In this document: positions 28,501-39,900 of the stretch, in pieces
Position numbering within the stretch: position 1 is the stretch's first letter
Layout of the letters: each line of letters begins with the position of its first letter
Assembly (NCBI GenBank): GCA_000934665.2
Contig: KZ537982.1
Coordinates: forward strand, 1 to 64,000
Source of the DNA: Catajapyx aquilonaris
Lineage: Eukaryota
Length of the DNA stretch: 64,000 nt
Direction of reading: 5' to 3'
Notes under the pieces: generated by a model
The model's input: only the letters and a program-made list of their open reading frames with translations
The model's database searches: none
Told to the model about the DNA's origin: nothing
Program-made: the position numbers and the translations under genes

Positions 28501-31500
28501 ATGAGAGATGTAGCGGAGTTGGAACAATATTTCTCGTCCGTTGAGGGTTTCTCGACAGCTGAAAGTTTTCACGCCCACTACCACGTCGATACCAGGGGTT
28601 TCAGCTCATTACGGGGGTTTCCTGGCTAACTGCATTAAAACTTCAGGCCCGGAATGGTCAATAAATTAAAGCAAATATAGCACCGTTAGATATCAAGTTT
28701 ACTATGTGAAAATGTCATATCACCTACAAATCATGCACTGATTATTTCCTTAATTTAATATGTGCTCAGGTGCTAATTAAGGTCCACTTCAACATCCACA
28801 GTAGTGTTTAAAAAAAGGGTCCAATATCCTGACTCTATCTGTAGAGAGCCCTTAGCTTAATCCACTCCCTAGCTTTTCTGGGGTACTTGAGCATGAAACC
28901 GGGCTTAGACGGCGAGAATCCCTCACCGGCCAGGAAATCTTGCGTCCAAGTTTACGACCAAAAAGTAGGGCCTCCCTAGTGGGTCCAAAAGTCTGTTGTT
29001 TATCACAATCTCGAAGTAAAGTGGACCATCACGTGCCATACCACACGCGAGCGGAAGTCGCCGAGCAATGACTTTGTCTGCCTTGTAATGTTATTCTGCT
29101 CTTGATGACTCCCCTTTTCCCTTGGGGAGAACTTCCTGGATACCATAAATATCCAGGGTAAAATGGAGGTTTATTTCCACGTGGCCATAGATAAGCCTTC
29201 TAATGGTTTCCTTAGTTGGTAATAACAGCAAGGTGCCAGGATCAGTTTTATCTGCCAGCTGAGTTACGACTGTTATATGAATAAATTGCGTACATGTAAC
29301 AAAAGTTAGAAATTTTAAGGCTCGGTCAGTGGATACAAACAAAGGTGAGAGAGAGAGAGTGGCTTTAAAAGCGCAATTCATTATTCAAAAAGTGGTGTAA
29401 ATCAATAGCGAACTGTGGTGCATAGCGTGAAGGGCAAGAGGAAAGTGCAGATTTAAATTTTTTTCCCCTCATTTTCAGATGATGAGTTTGGCGAAAAAAT
29501 GGTTGCAGTCCTGTTAGACGGGGAGGAATCCGAGCTCATATTTGTGGACCATCCCTGTCATGAAATGGCCGTAAGTAATCATTTAAAATTTAAACGAACT
29601 AGTAAATGGTACCATTCAAAAATAAAGTGTTACAACTGTGGTGCCAAATTCCCCCAAATTCAAAATTGAATTGAATATAAAAGTATGCAAAAATATTTTG
29701 GCATATTCCCAACCAGTAAGGCTGGAAATGTCACAACGTGTCACAAGATGCCCATAAAATGCGAATTTATATACGAGAAGAACTGTTGGACACAGGATAA
29801 TAGCTGGAGGCACATCAATACCAGACCGTTGAGTGCACTCTCATGTACAGCACTGTACGTCAGAAGCTATATGTGCTCGTATGTGACAAAATGAAACGGA
29901 AGTTTTTGGCGGGTACTTTATTTAACAAGTTCATGTGATGCACTTACCCTGTCGATTTTGAGCAAAAACTGAAGTTATAAACACTGTGGCTAATACGGTT
30001 AAAGCAGAAATTGTGGCTATTATGCACAGGTATATATTAATTTTCATTACATAACTGAGGTAATAATTATGCACTTTGCATTTTTTAGCAAACGTACAGT
30101 GGTCGGTGGAAACTATTTCACTGACAGTAAGGGCTTGTCAATTTTGTGATTTTCGTGTTTTGTGTTCTCCTCTCTGTAATGTACTATCAATCTTGATAAT
30201 GCCAGTAGAGTACTCGCTTTTTCCCTGTCACATACCATCAACACTAAAGCCTCCAGTGTCTGGCTTTAAAAACATAAAAGCAAAACCAGTCAATATTTGT
30301 ACACTATGATCCATCACATCCAACTACTACGAATATTATCACAAATTCAGCCTCACTCCTGCTTTTCTAGGCTAGATGAAATCTGAGTTGCAAATCAACC
30401 GTGCTTATCTTACAACCCTCATTTTCAACCTCATTCAGTCAGCCCGAAACTGTACGCCCGTTTTAAGTCTAGTGAGACCCTATGCATCAAGCTGGAGCAA
30501 TTAAAGCTGGCAAATTCGTTCACCCATCCTCCAGTTGAGTAAGCAGGGAAATGGAGGCCTTTGTCTGAGTAGAGGACCTAAATTGCTGGAAGGGGGATCA
30601 ATAGACTCAAACCCATCTTTCACTCTCAGAGGGTATTCATTCTGATGGCGAATTCCACTTAGGAGGAAATATGGCCACGTTATCTGTAACCAGACCAAGC
30701 CCCTGTCATGGCCTTTCCCACACTTGAAGGATGATGGGAGCGTTTGTGGAGATGCTTGGATTTCATGTGTACATTCACTTGGATGTTCGTAGGTGGAGAA
30801 CTGCTTGGCCACATATGAACCACATGCCTGCGTGGTCATCTACTCGGTCACTGATCGATCAAGCTTCAGGTTCGCGGAAGAGACCCTCAGCTACCTATGG
30901 CGCCAAAATATGACCCGGGAGAAGTCGGTCATCTTGGTCGGAAATAAGGCTGATCTTGCAAGGGCGAGGATTATCTCCACGCAAGGTTAGTAGCTTATTT
31001 GTCGCAATGAAATCTGTCGCAGGCTGCTGGGACACTGTTAATTCCGATAAGTTGATGAATAGAGCTCTCCGCCCACTTAGCAACATCTGTTGGAGGCAGG
31101 TTTCACTGACAAGCGAACCATTCGTATTAACTGCATACGTGCCAAACAGTGCCCGAAGCACGTAGACGTCAACGAAACGTGTAGTGATATTTTTCGTACT
31201 AAAAATGTATATGTTTTTAACCTTCGGACCTGGAGCAGTGGATTTTAAAGAAATGACAGCTGGCATTTGAAAGCAGCCCATTCGCATGTTCATGTGTCAT
31301 TTACATACGTATGGTTGCACTGCAGACTGTCGGTCTGCATATTTTATTGCCAATAATATGCCATTCCAAGAAAACAATTTGGAGGCAGGGTAGCCTGTCA
31401 AAATGATATCCAATCAGAAAATATTCTGCTCACTTTGTCAGTATAAAGTCAGTTCTCTTCTGAGCTAAAATAATGCCACTCCTGTACAACATTTTGTAAG

Positions 31501-32174
31501 CTATTTTGTATCTCCTACTCCATACTGTGAGTAGTGCGCATGCTGTGCTTTACTACATCAAAGGGACCTGTTTGCATTGTCAACTGTTTTAATAGCAGGA
31601 GCTGTGCTCTCTCCCAGCCTCAGTAAACTCATATCATAAATAAATACGACAAAAGCTACACTGTTTCATCAGCCAAGAGAACTCTAATACAGTGCACCGG
31701 ACATACTTCAAAAGATGAAGCGCTATAAGTCATATTTAAGCTGCACATAGTGCATATGCCAATATACAGTAGAATGTATTTAAAAAAAAATAATTGTTGA
31801 GTACTGATGACATTATTGCAATCCTCTTCCGACTTTCTTTGACAGAAGGCAAATCCCTGGCTACCTCCCACGATTGCAAGTTCATCGAGACCTCGAGTGG
31901 TCTTCAGCACAACGTGGACGAACTTCTGGTCGGTGTGGTGAAACAAATCCGGTTGAGACTTGGCAACAACCGGCGGCAACACCGACGTAAGAACGCCAAA
32001 TGCGGTGCCAGAGACCGGTCCTCTCCATCGCCGTCGCCAGGGGGAAGCTCTCGACACCGACGAAGCGCATCTGCGAGGGCCATTGCGACCCTGGGCCACG
32101 CCAGGGAAGTCCTTGGAAAGCTGTGTCTGGCTGCAGGGAAGGCACGCTCCTGTGAAAACCTGCACGTCCTCTGA
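4504..32174 (+). CDS. RGK-family (Rem/Rad/Gem/Kir) small GTPase; 6 exons, about 431 aa
   Basis: Exons 4504-4807, 24552-24729, 28168-28367, 29479-29570, 30793-30985 and 31846-32174 are all GT-AG and phase-compatible (1296 nt). Motifs: P-loop GAPGVGKT, ILVGNKADL (G4), FIETSSGL (G5), the RGK-type N-terminal block YRLRSFSITAKGVVNCGD, and the RGK C-terminus ARSCENLHVL* with no CAAX. Confidence 0.93.
4618..4666 (+). repeat. Coding 12-bp tandem repeat (HSPL/PSPL) in RGK exon 1
   Basis: cattcgccatta-ccttcgcccctg-cattcgccccta-ccttcgcccctg. Confidence 0.7.
7262..7382. mobile_element. Degenerate copy of the palindromic Tc1/mariner-type MITE seen at 36074-36202
   Basis: Shares ggccactttatcctggtcttgaagcaacc and ttgcttcaagaccaggat with the 36.1-kb copy and folds back on itself. 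Confidence 0.75.
11163..11463 (+). mobile_element. tRNA-derived SINE family A, full length with (ATT)n tail and 17-bp TSD
   Basis: A-box tggtgtagggg, anticodon-like arm gactgctaatc, B-box-like ggatcaaatcc. TSD ttatgccaatttatgca at 11146-11162 and 11464-11480. Three more copies occur in the window. Confidence 0.92.
18439..18507. repeat. GC-rich inverted repeat (25-bp perfect stem, 3-nt loop)
   Basis: tccagtcgcgcacgcgcactccagc (18447-18471) is the exact reverse complement of gctggagtgcgcgtgcgcgactgga (18475-18499). Confidence 0.9.
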
Positions 32175-33459
32175 TACGTTTATGTCACTGTACATTCTCC
32201 TGTATATCTCGTCTGCCCCTCGTTCCCTGAGGGTGGAATAATAACTGACTGAAATGTCTGCTCTTCCAAGCACATCTTTCCACTGCCAACCCGCCAAGAC
32301 CCACGAGGGAATACACATGGAGGCCGTTTTCCTTCAAGATTAGTCTGGGGAAGGTGCAACGACCAGAAGTAATTGTCAAGATGGCCACGAAACTTTTTCG
32401 CGTGGGGCAATAAGCGAAGAGTGTTGGGTTGCATCATGCCAGGATGAAACAAAGCGGCAGGTTGATATTTTTAGCAGATCTGATAGGATCTACGCACATT
32501 TGTGGCACAATCCTTACTTATTTGAAAAAGCAGGAATTTCGGCACGTGCAACCGAAATTTCACGTGGCATTTCACGTTTCAGCTGCTCCTGCAAAATCGC
32601 GTCAGAAGCCATGACAACGACCTCAATAACACTATCAAATCTTTTTTTTTCCCCGCTTTCTCCGTCTTGCAACGTCAAAATTAGCCTACTTATTACCATA
32701 GTAACGAAACGATAAGACGCGTTTTAAATTTTCTATTTGTACTTTCTACACCCTGTTGAACCTGAGCAGTGTCTGTAAATCCTTTAATTCCAGAAAAGAG
32801 CCTCTGTTAAGGTCACATCGCCACAGCATTATGCATACAGCGAGGAAAAGGGCGTAAACCTTAACAAGCCCTACTGAGGTCAGCACATCCCGAAATCCCA
32901 TTATGCTTTCAAGATTCAAGCAACAACCCGAAAAATCCTCAGAATAACCCGAAGCACTGTAGCGTTTAGTTGTTTCAATCGATCAGTCACTCTTTTATCA
33001 ACGTCGTCAGAACCTGCAGTAATGAGGTGTCGGACGGGGCAAAAAAAATCTTTCCAATCCAAAAAGTTTCTTCTACAACATACATATAGGAGAAAGTTTC
33101 TGATTGATTGCCCAGACAGAGATAGAAAAAACGAAGCGCCCTTCCGGTGAGGGCCTTCCGGTTTGCGAGGAATCCAATAGTAGGCAGCCACGTTCACAAT
33201 TTCCTCGTGACCTGGCAGCATGGAAGAAGAGAATTATTCAACGTCGGCCTGGATTCCGCGGTCGGAGGTAAGTCAGGTGCTATTGGTGCTAAAGTCACGA
33301 GGTTAGTTCAACTGCAAGGGAATTAATTGGAGCTGACACTTTCCACTATACACTATATAGGGAGATTGCATGATGAAATTGATGATGGCTAAGGGAGCAG
33401 TCGGCCTACAAGTGTCGTGAGGCTGAGACTATAAATAATGCCCTTCTGTATACTATGTA

Positions 33460-33916
33460 CAGTTGAATCCTGATAGACTATAACATACTTCAAGGGAGTG
33501 CGGAAAAAGCCTGTTATAGCCATGCCACCACTTTTGCAACAAATACACTAAGTTCTCTGCTTTCTATGTGCCTATAAATCACCCTGCTGCATACTACTGT
33601 TTAATGAAACTATCCACAAAAATGCAATATTACACATAGCTCACCCGTAAATAATGTAGGACCAAAAAATTCCGACGTTTTCTATTGCCGTCTAGTTGCC
33701 AAATATACCAGAAAAATAATGGTTTTGATATTGAAAGCAACATATTTTCTCACCTAGGGGCCAAGAAATGTCTATTACAGCCGAGGTGGTGATAAACGAG
33801 ACTTATATCAATAGTAAAAAGACAGGGCCTTATGGGAGTATGTCGGGACCGGCCTTACGAGTCTGTTATAACCGAAATTCTGCCATAGCCTAGGCTGTTA
33901 CATCTGGATTCAACTG
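33460..33916. mobile_element. pogo/Tigger-like MITE
   Basis: TA|cagttgaatcc...ggattcaactg|TA terminal inverted repeats, with internal subterminal gttata repeats. Confidence 0.75.
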
Positions 33917-34007
33917 TATACACTCATAGGGTGTTTCACTAGGTAGTTCCCCCTAAAGAACCAACTACGTAACATATATTATTTTTTCTTCCTATTGATG
34001 AGGATAA

Positions 34008-34245
34008 TACAGGGTGTCGACAATGAACCTCCCTAGTTTCAACTTGCTACCATTACACAAGTTACTGGACCATGGTGTCGAAATTGTACACATGCGAAGG
34101 AATACTTATCAAGATTATGTAAAAAAAAAAATCAGTAGCCTTCCACGTGTGCTCCTTTAGTAGCAATCACTATTTTAAGCCGATAATCTCCGCCCTCTGA
34201 GGTTCTCTCCGTCATGTCAGGGGTGATGCACGATATGTCATTATT
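34008..34245 (-). mobile_element. Mariner-like transposon end fragment
   Basis: TA|cagggtgt terminus typical of mariner TIRs. The minus strand near 34200-34235 reads SCITPDMTERT, similar to the C-terminal ITPDM motif of mariner transposases. Confidence 0.45.
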
Positions 34246-36073
34246 TGGGCTAGGTAGAATGCGAAGAAAAATAAAGTTTTTTTTTTTTGTACTAGTGAAA
34301 CAATGCATCATGCGTTTCCGAATTTACTTACATCCGTATAAGTGGTAATTTTGCGGACGATCGCTCCTGTGAACCCGTACAGTCCATACGGTTGTAAACT
34401 CCATTTAATGGGCTTTCCAACGACCCATACAATTAAGTGGTACCGGTTTCATTCAATGGCTGCACAGGTGAGGAAGCAGGAGCTAATGATGATGTCTAGT
34501 TATTTGTTGCCAAGGACACACAAGTATAAATTGTCGGTATCTGCACGGAACCCATATAGGCAATAGTGGTCCCGCAACCGGCCCACCTAGGTGTGTATCC
34601 GCTGAAGATAGGGCTGTATCCGCAAGGAAGGAAGGTTAGGTTAGGGCCGGGGACCACTGGAGTTTGCCAATATGCACACAGAACGGTATTTAAGGTAACT
34701 TATAGGTAAAGATGTCGAGGCAATACAGTAATGCACCAGAAACACTCTGTGCCGTTTGCACTGCACTCGAACAGTACATCTCGAGTTTCCGACAAGAAAT
34801 TCAGCTAGATTCTGGTATTTCCATATAAGCAGATGGAATCCCCAAAGGACGTTTTAAAATAAAAGTTTCCAACTCACAGAATTTGGTGGAGGGCGGAAGA
34901 ATGTTTATCGGTGCATTACCCTCAGTCAAGTTCCCCCGTTCACTTTTGTGGAGCCGCGGTATAGGAATGCAAAGTGGGCTACTTCCCTATCATTTCCCTG
35001 AGCCGCCTACGTTCGGACAATAAAAAAGCGGTTCACGGATCTCGCAATGTTCTTTGCAGTTTGCAGTTTCTCTCTGTCGGATGATCCTTTGGGCGGGACA
35101 TTCTCAAGTTCTCCTTCGCGACATATTGAATGCAGACTTGACGGATGCTCACATTTTGAACGACCCTGCTGCTGGGAGCTTCGCACGTGGAGGATTGTGG
35201 AGATGTGAAGGACAGAGCAACCAGTACACTTTCTCGGAAGATGGCACAATATTTTAAAATACACATGTGGTCCAATATAGCAATGTTCCAGCCTCCAGGT
35301 CATGCCAATAGGGGCTGTGATCGAGTTTGGCTGATGCTGTGAAGGGCAGTAACTCCAGGTCATGCTCCAGGTACTCATTATTTTGAGGGAACACTAGCTT
35401 TTAGAACTCGCTGTTTTAATTGTAATTGCCATCATTATACATGAAGATGTGCGCCGTGCCCCAAAGGGCTAACTTTAGGGGTCACCCTGACTCCCAAAAT
35501 GGGTTCAAAATTCCCTAAAGAAATATGGCATGTGACAGTAATATGTCAACATGTAGGTGCATTTCAAAATTGCTCCCTGTGGAGTGGATGCATAAAATTT
35601 AAAAAACTATTCAACAATGCTGGTGCAAGAGTACAGTCGACACTCTACACTGTCTACAGTATACCTGACCTGCCAACCACACTTGCCAGTCAAAAGTAAG
35701 ATGTGCACCGAGCTCAAGCAGCATATTTCTTGTCTCAGTGTCCTTGTTCAGCTATTGAAAGCATTTAAGTAGGAAGTAATTACCATACATGATCGCATAC
35801 ATTTAACTACCTTAACATAGCCAAATAAAAGCCAAGGTTATGAAACGAATATTCACCTCTGGCATGCCCAAATGGTAAACAGATGTGATCCCCAATGGTG
35901 TACGTGTCCTAGTCTCTCAAATGTGCCAAACATAGCAGGTTTCTCCATCCTGATTCCCACCTTTCGAAAAGTTCCTATGATCAACTGGCAGATCCAAAGA
36001 ACTAGGACTAGAGCAACTTGAGAGCAATGGACAAAGCTTTGGTCCTCAGACATCTGAGACATGCAATGTACTG

Positions 36074-36202
36074 TACCATCAGGTTCAAATACTTTTGGCC
36101 ACTTTATCCTGGTCTTGAAGCAACCCTTCACACACAGGGTCTGTGCGAAGGGTTGCTTCAAGACCAGGATAATGTGGCCAAAAGTATTTGAACCCGATGG
36201 TA
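36074..36202. mobile_element. Palindromic Tc1/mariner-type MITE (about 130 bp hairpin)
   Basis: taccatcaggttcaaatacttttggccac...gtggccaaaagtatttgaacccgatggta, with arms of about 55 bp and TA ends. A second copy lies at 7262-7382. Confidence 0.85.
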
Positions 36203-36999
36203 CTACAGTACTGTACATTACGTAGCTATATGGTATGTTTCCACTTCAGGAGTACTGTACAATGTATACATGGACTCAAATGGGGTCAGGATTCTAGGTT
36301 ACTTGAATTTTACCAGGCCAAGAATCAGACACCCAAGTTTTTAAAAGCCTGAGTAATGACACCTTGACCTACAAAATGGACCCCTGTGGATCCCCTCACA
36401 TACTGTATCTTGAAGCTGTCTTCTATTAATGGCAATCGTCAGGATTTATTTTTATTTTTTGCTTTCACCAACAACCATGCTGTAATTTTTGATGGCAACT
36501 TCACAAGCTTGCACTTGTGAATCACAACTACATAAATGCGATGGTATTTAATTTTTCTTTATTTACCTGGTCGCATATATCACCCGAAGAACTCACTCTT
36601 TTTTTTTGTGCTTACTACAACCAGCATCAACCTTTAGCCTCCATATATATACAGACAATGTTACAATCCCTTACGCACCTCTCATTCTACAAAATAAAAG
36701 AAAAACATTCAGGAAAAGACACTTTTCAACTTGTGACCAACCAGCGATGCGTCAATCACTCAGTTTATTTTGTCCGCATTTCCATCAACCCATTTTTTGT
36801 GCTCCTCCACATACAAAACAACTGTGATCTGGACGCACTCCCTCACTTTCATGTCCATGACGTGAAAACAAATCAACACAACAGAGAAAATACTGTCACA
36901 CCCACCAACACAAGCGCCCTGTAAGAAGCGGCAACAGGAAATACTAGAAACGGTGGACATCTCATAATTTTTACCCTCCCCTATACCACACTATCCACA

Positions 37000-39900
37000 T
37001 CACTCCCATAAGTCTTTTTCTGCTTCATCGGGTTCAAGCTGCTGGAGCAGGTGGTCAATATTGGGGGTGGGCTGCTGATTGGACTTCAGTGAGTAAAGGA
37101 CCAGATTGTTGCTCCCACCTCCACCTCCTTCACTGGTGGATGGCTCATCTGGAAGCCACAGCTTCTCTGGGACATTCACATCCCACTTGGTCCCTTTTGG
37201 ACAATAAGTTATTATTTATATTTACTACAGCTTGAACATGTGCTTGGGAAAATGTACAGTACTGCACTAACCTGCTCTCTGATAAAAGAGTATGTAAGCA
37301 TTACTGTACTCATCCTCCTGTGGAGGTTGAGGATGGACTACGTCATCATTGAAGCTGTGCCATTCTGAAGAAACTGGGTGCTTTGCATATGATGTGTAGT
37401 GACCAGCAGATGCACCTGAAGGGCATTAATAACATGCAGGGTATTATTGAATATGCATTAATAACAATTCTCTCTGCATTTGTGAAGACACATGGAGTAG
37501 TGTAAAAAGGCCACCTATAACTTACATTATTGCACAAAAATAAGTAACAAACATGCATCTGATCTACTTTCCAGTTTTTGATATTTTGGAATGAGAATAA
37601 AAGACTGGCGAATACCCTCAACATTCACACTAAAATCTTCCAACTAATACAGTCCCACCATGACCCAGAGTACTTTTACCAAACCCTTCAGACAGGCCTG
37701 TGGAACTCTGGGTTCCAGAAGAATATCAGTCGACAATTGCGGCTCTAGAGCAATAGAGTATCAGTATCTATTTCACGCTTACACTTCTACAGTCAGTTAC
37801 TCTTGCTCAGCATTTCCAATCATGTTTCAACTTACTGCAGTCAACGGAAGGAAAAGTAACACTTACCTCCATAGTGACAGACACAGGCGTAGAGGTCATA
37901 CTCTGGAGCAGAGACTGGGGAGGTGGGCCCAGACAGGAAGGAAGAAACATCTAGTCCAGAGACAGGGAAGACGAGCTTGTTGTCCAGCTTGGTGGAAAAG
38001 CACTCGTGGAACACAAACCGCTTGAGGTAGACAATGAGGAAGTCGGGATAGCGCCACACAGTCAGGGTCTTGGTAGCACACTGGTTGCGCTCACACATGG
38101 GGCAGTACCAGGGATTGTGCTCATCCAGAGTCTCACTCTCACTGAAAGCTCCCAGGCAGTCATAGATGGTCAGAGGACCATTTGGCCTCAACTGGGACAT
38201 TGACTCATCATGATCTACCCCATTGGCCTCCTCCCAGTTCAACTTGGCCATCTCCTTGAAGCGCATGGCTAGTGTGTCCCCTGGCTGAAGCACCACCTGT
38301 CCAACGGCGGGGACAGCACAGCCCCTGCAATGGCTGGTGTACATGCAGCGGGAGCAGTGCAATCCCTGACCATCCACTAGTAGGACATCGTAAGATTCCA
38401 TATGTGGGAGACGCTCTCTGAGGACCTGGTGAAAAGTGACTGCAGGCAGCTGGGATGGCAGACACAGAAGGGACGGGTGGCCAAACAGCTTCATCCCTTT
38501 CTGGTTGTTGTTCCCATCACCCTCGGTGTCCAGGCGGAAAACCACACTCACATGCAAAGTTCTGTAAGCAAATGGTACGACATTGCGACTGATAATACAA
38601 AAAACTAGTATCTCATCCCTCATGTACTAGGGACATGAGTAGTACTAGGCGATATATCTAGTTACATGTATGCTAATGATCTCACAACTAACCTGATCTG
38701 TGGCTCTACATGCTTGAGCCTATCCAGCTTGACAAAGTCTTCCTTGGCTCTGACAACCTGGCCACACATGGGGCACTGAAGCCTGTCACCCCCACTCCCA
38801 CTGCTCCCACCAGCTGTGCTACTGCCACCCCCACCGCTGTAATGCTTGCAGGAGATGTCAATGCAGTTCTCGCAAAGCAGACAGCTGCACTGCACATGCC
38901 GCAGTAAGTCTGAGTCGGCCATCTCTTCCAAGCAGATTGCGCAGCTCTTCCACCCATCACTCCTTTCATCCGCTGCTGGGACTCCCGCCGAGTCAGGCAG
39001 TGGGGCCCCCACAGGACCAAGGGGAATGGGTCCTCCATCAAGATCCATGGGAGCGAGATCAATTGTATCAGTGCTAGACGACACCTCACATCCTCTAGGT
39101 GCTTGTAACGGAATAGGAAGTGCCAGAGGAAGAGGTGGGGGCAAGGGAGGGCATGAAACTTCAGATGCATTGGGCGAAATTTCTCCTGAGCTGCTACTAC
39201 TGCTGGGTGGAGGGGGTCTCACTTCAAATGCGTATATGGTCCGGTGTGTATCATTCACATGGCGCAAAGACAGGTTCTCATTCTGCAAACAAAGTGTAAG
39301 GTACCATAAATCTAGTTTAATGCTTTTTCTTCATTATGCTTTTTGCTTAAATTATTCATACATGATGCAGGGGAGTAACTGGGTATAGTGGAGGAAAGTA
39401 ATTTTAAGTGACTATAAATTCTGAATGCAACAGACTGAAGTTATTGTAGTAATAATGGTTACATTAATACAGTTAAGCTGTGCACAAACTTACAAAGAGG
39501 CAATATTGGCATCAACAGTTGCTATGTTCACTTTTGAGAGGGATCATATCAATTTCTGGCAACTCATAACTTCCTCCTGCTCGCATGTGTATTTAAGATG
39601 GTTTGGTCGAACACGGAGAGGGCATCTGCAGCAAATCAGGTGCTTTCTACCAATAGGCCATCAAGAGTGATTCCACTCCACTGCTTAGTTTGTGCCAAGG
39701 TTACTGTTTGTTTGCAACAGGCCACAGGAAAATAACGCATATGAAAAAAAAACACAGCAGAAACATGTGCCTTACCAGTGCCTTTGCAATGTGGTTATCC
39801 AGCACCTCTGTGATGACAACGTGACTCCCTTCCCCAATTCCAACCATAGCTGCAATCCTCTCCTGCACTTTTCTTACTCTGTCTTCTCGGTTCATTGTCA

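Noticed and set aside
31656..32318. 220-aa minus-strand ORF
   Set aside because: Antisense to the GC-rich last RGK exon, with no recognisable domain.
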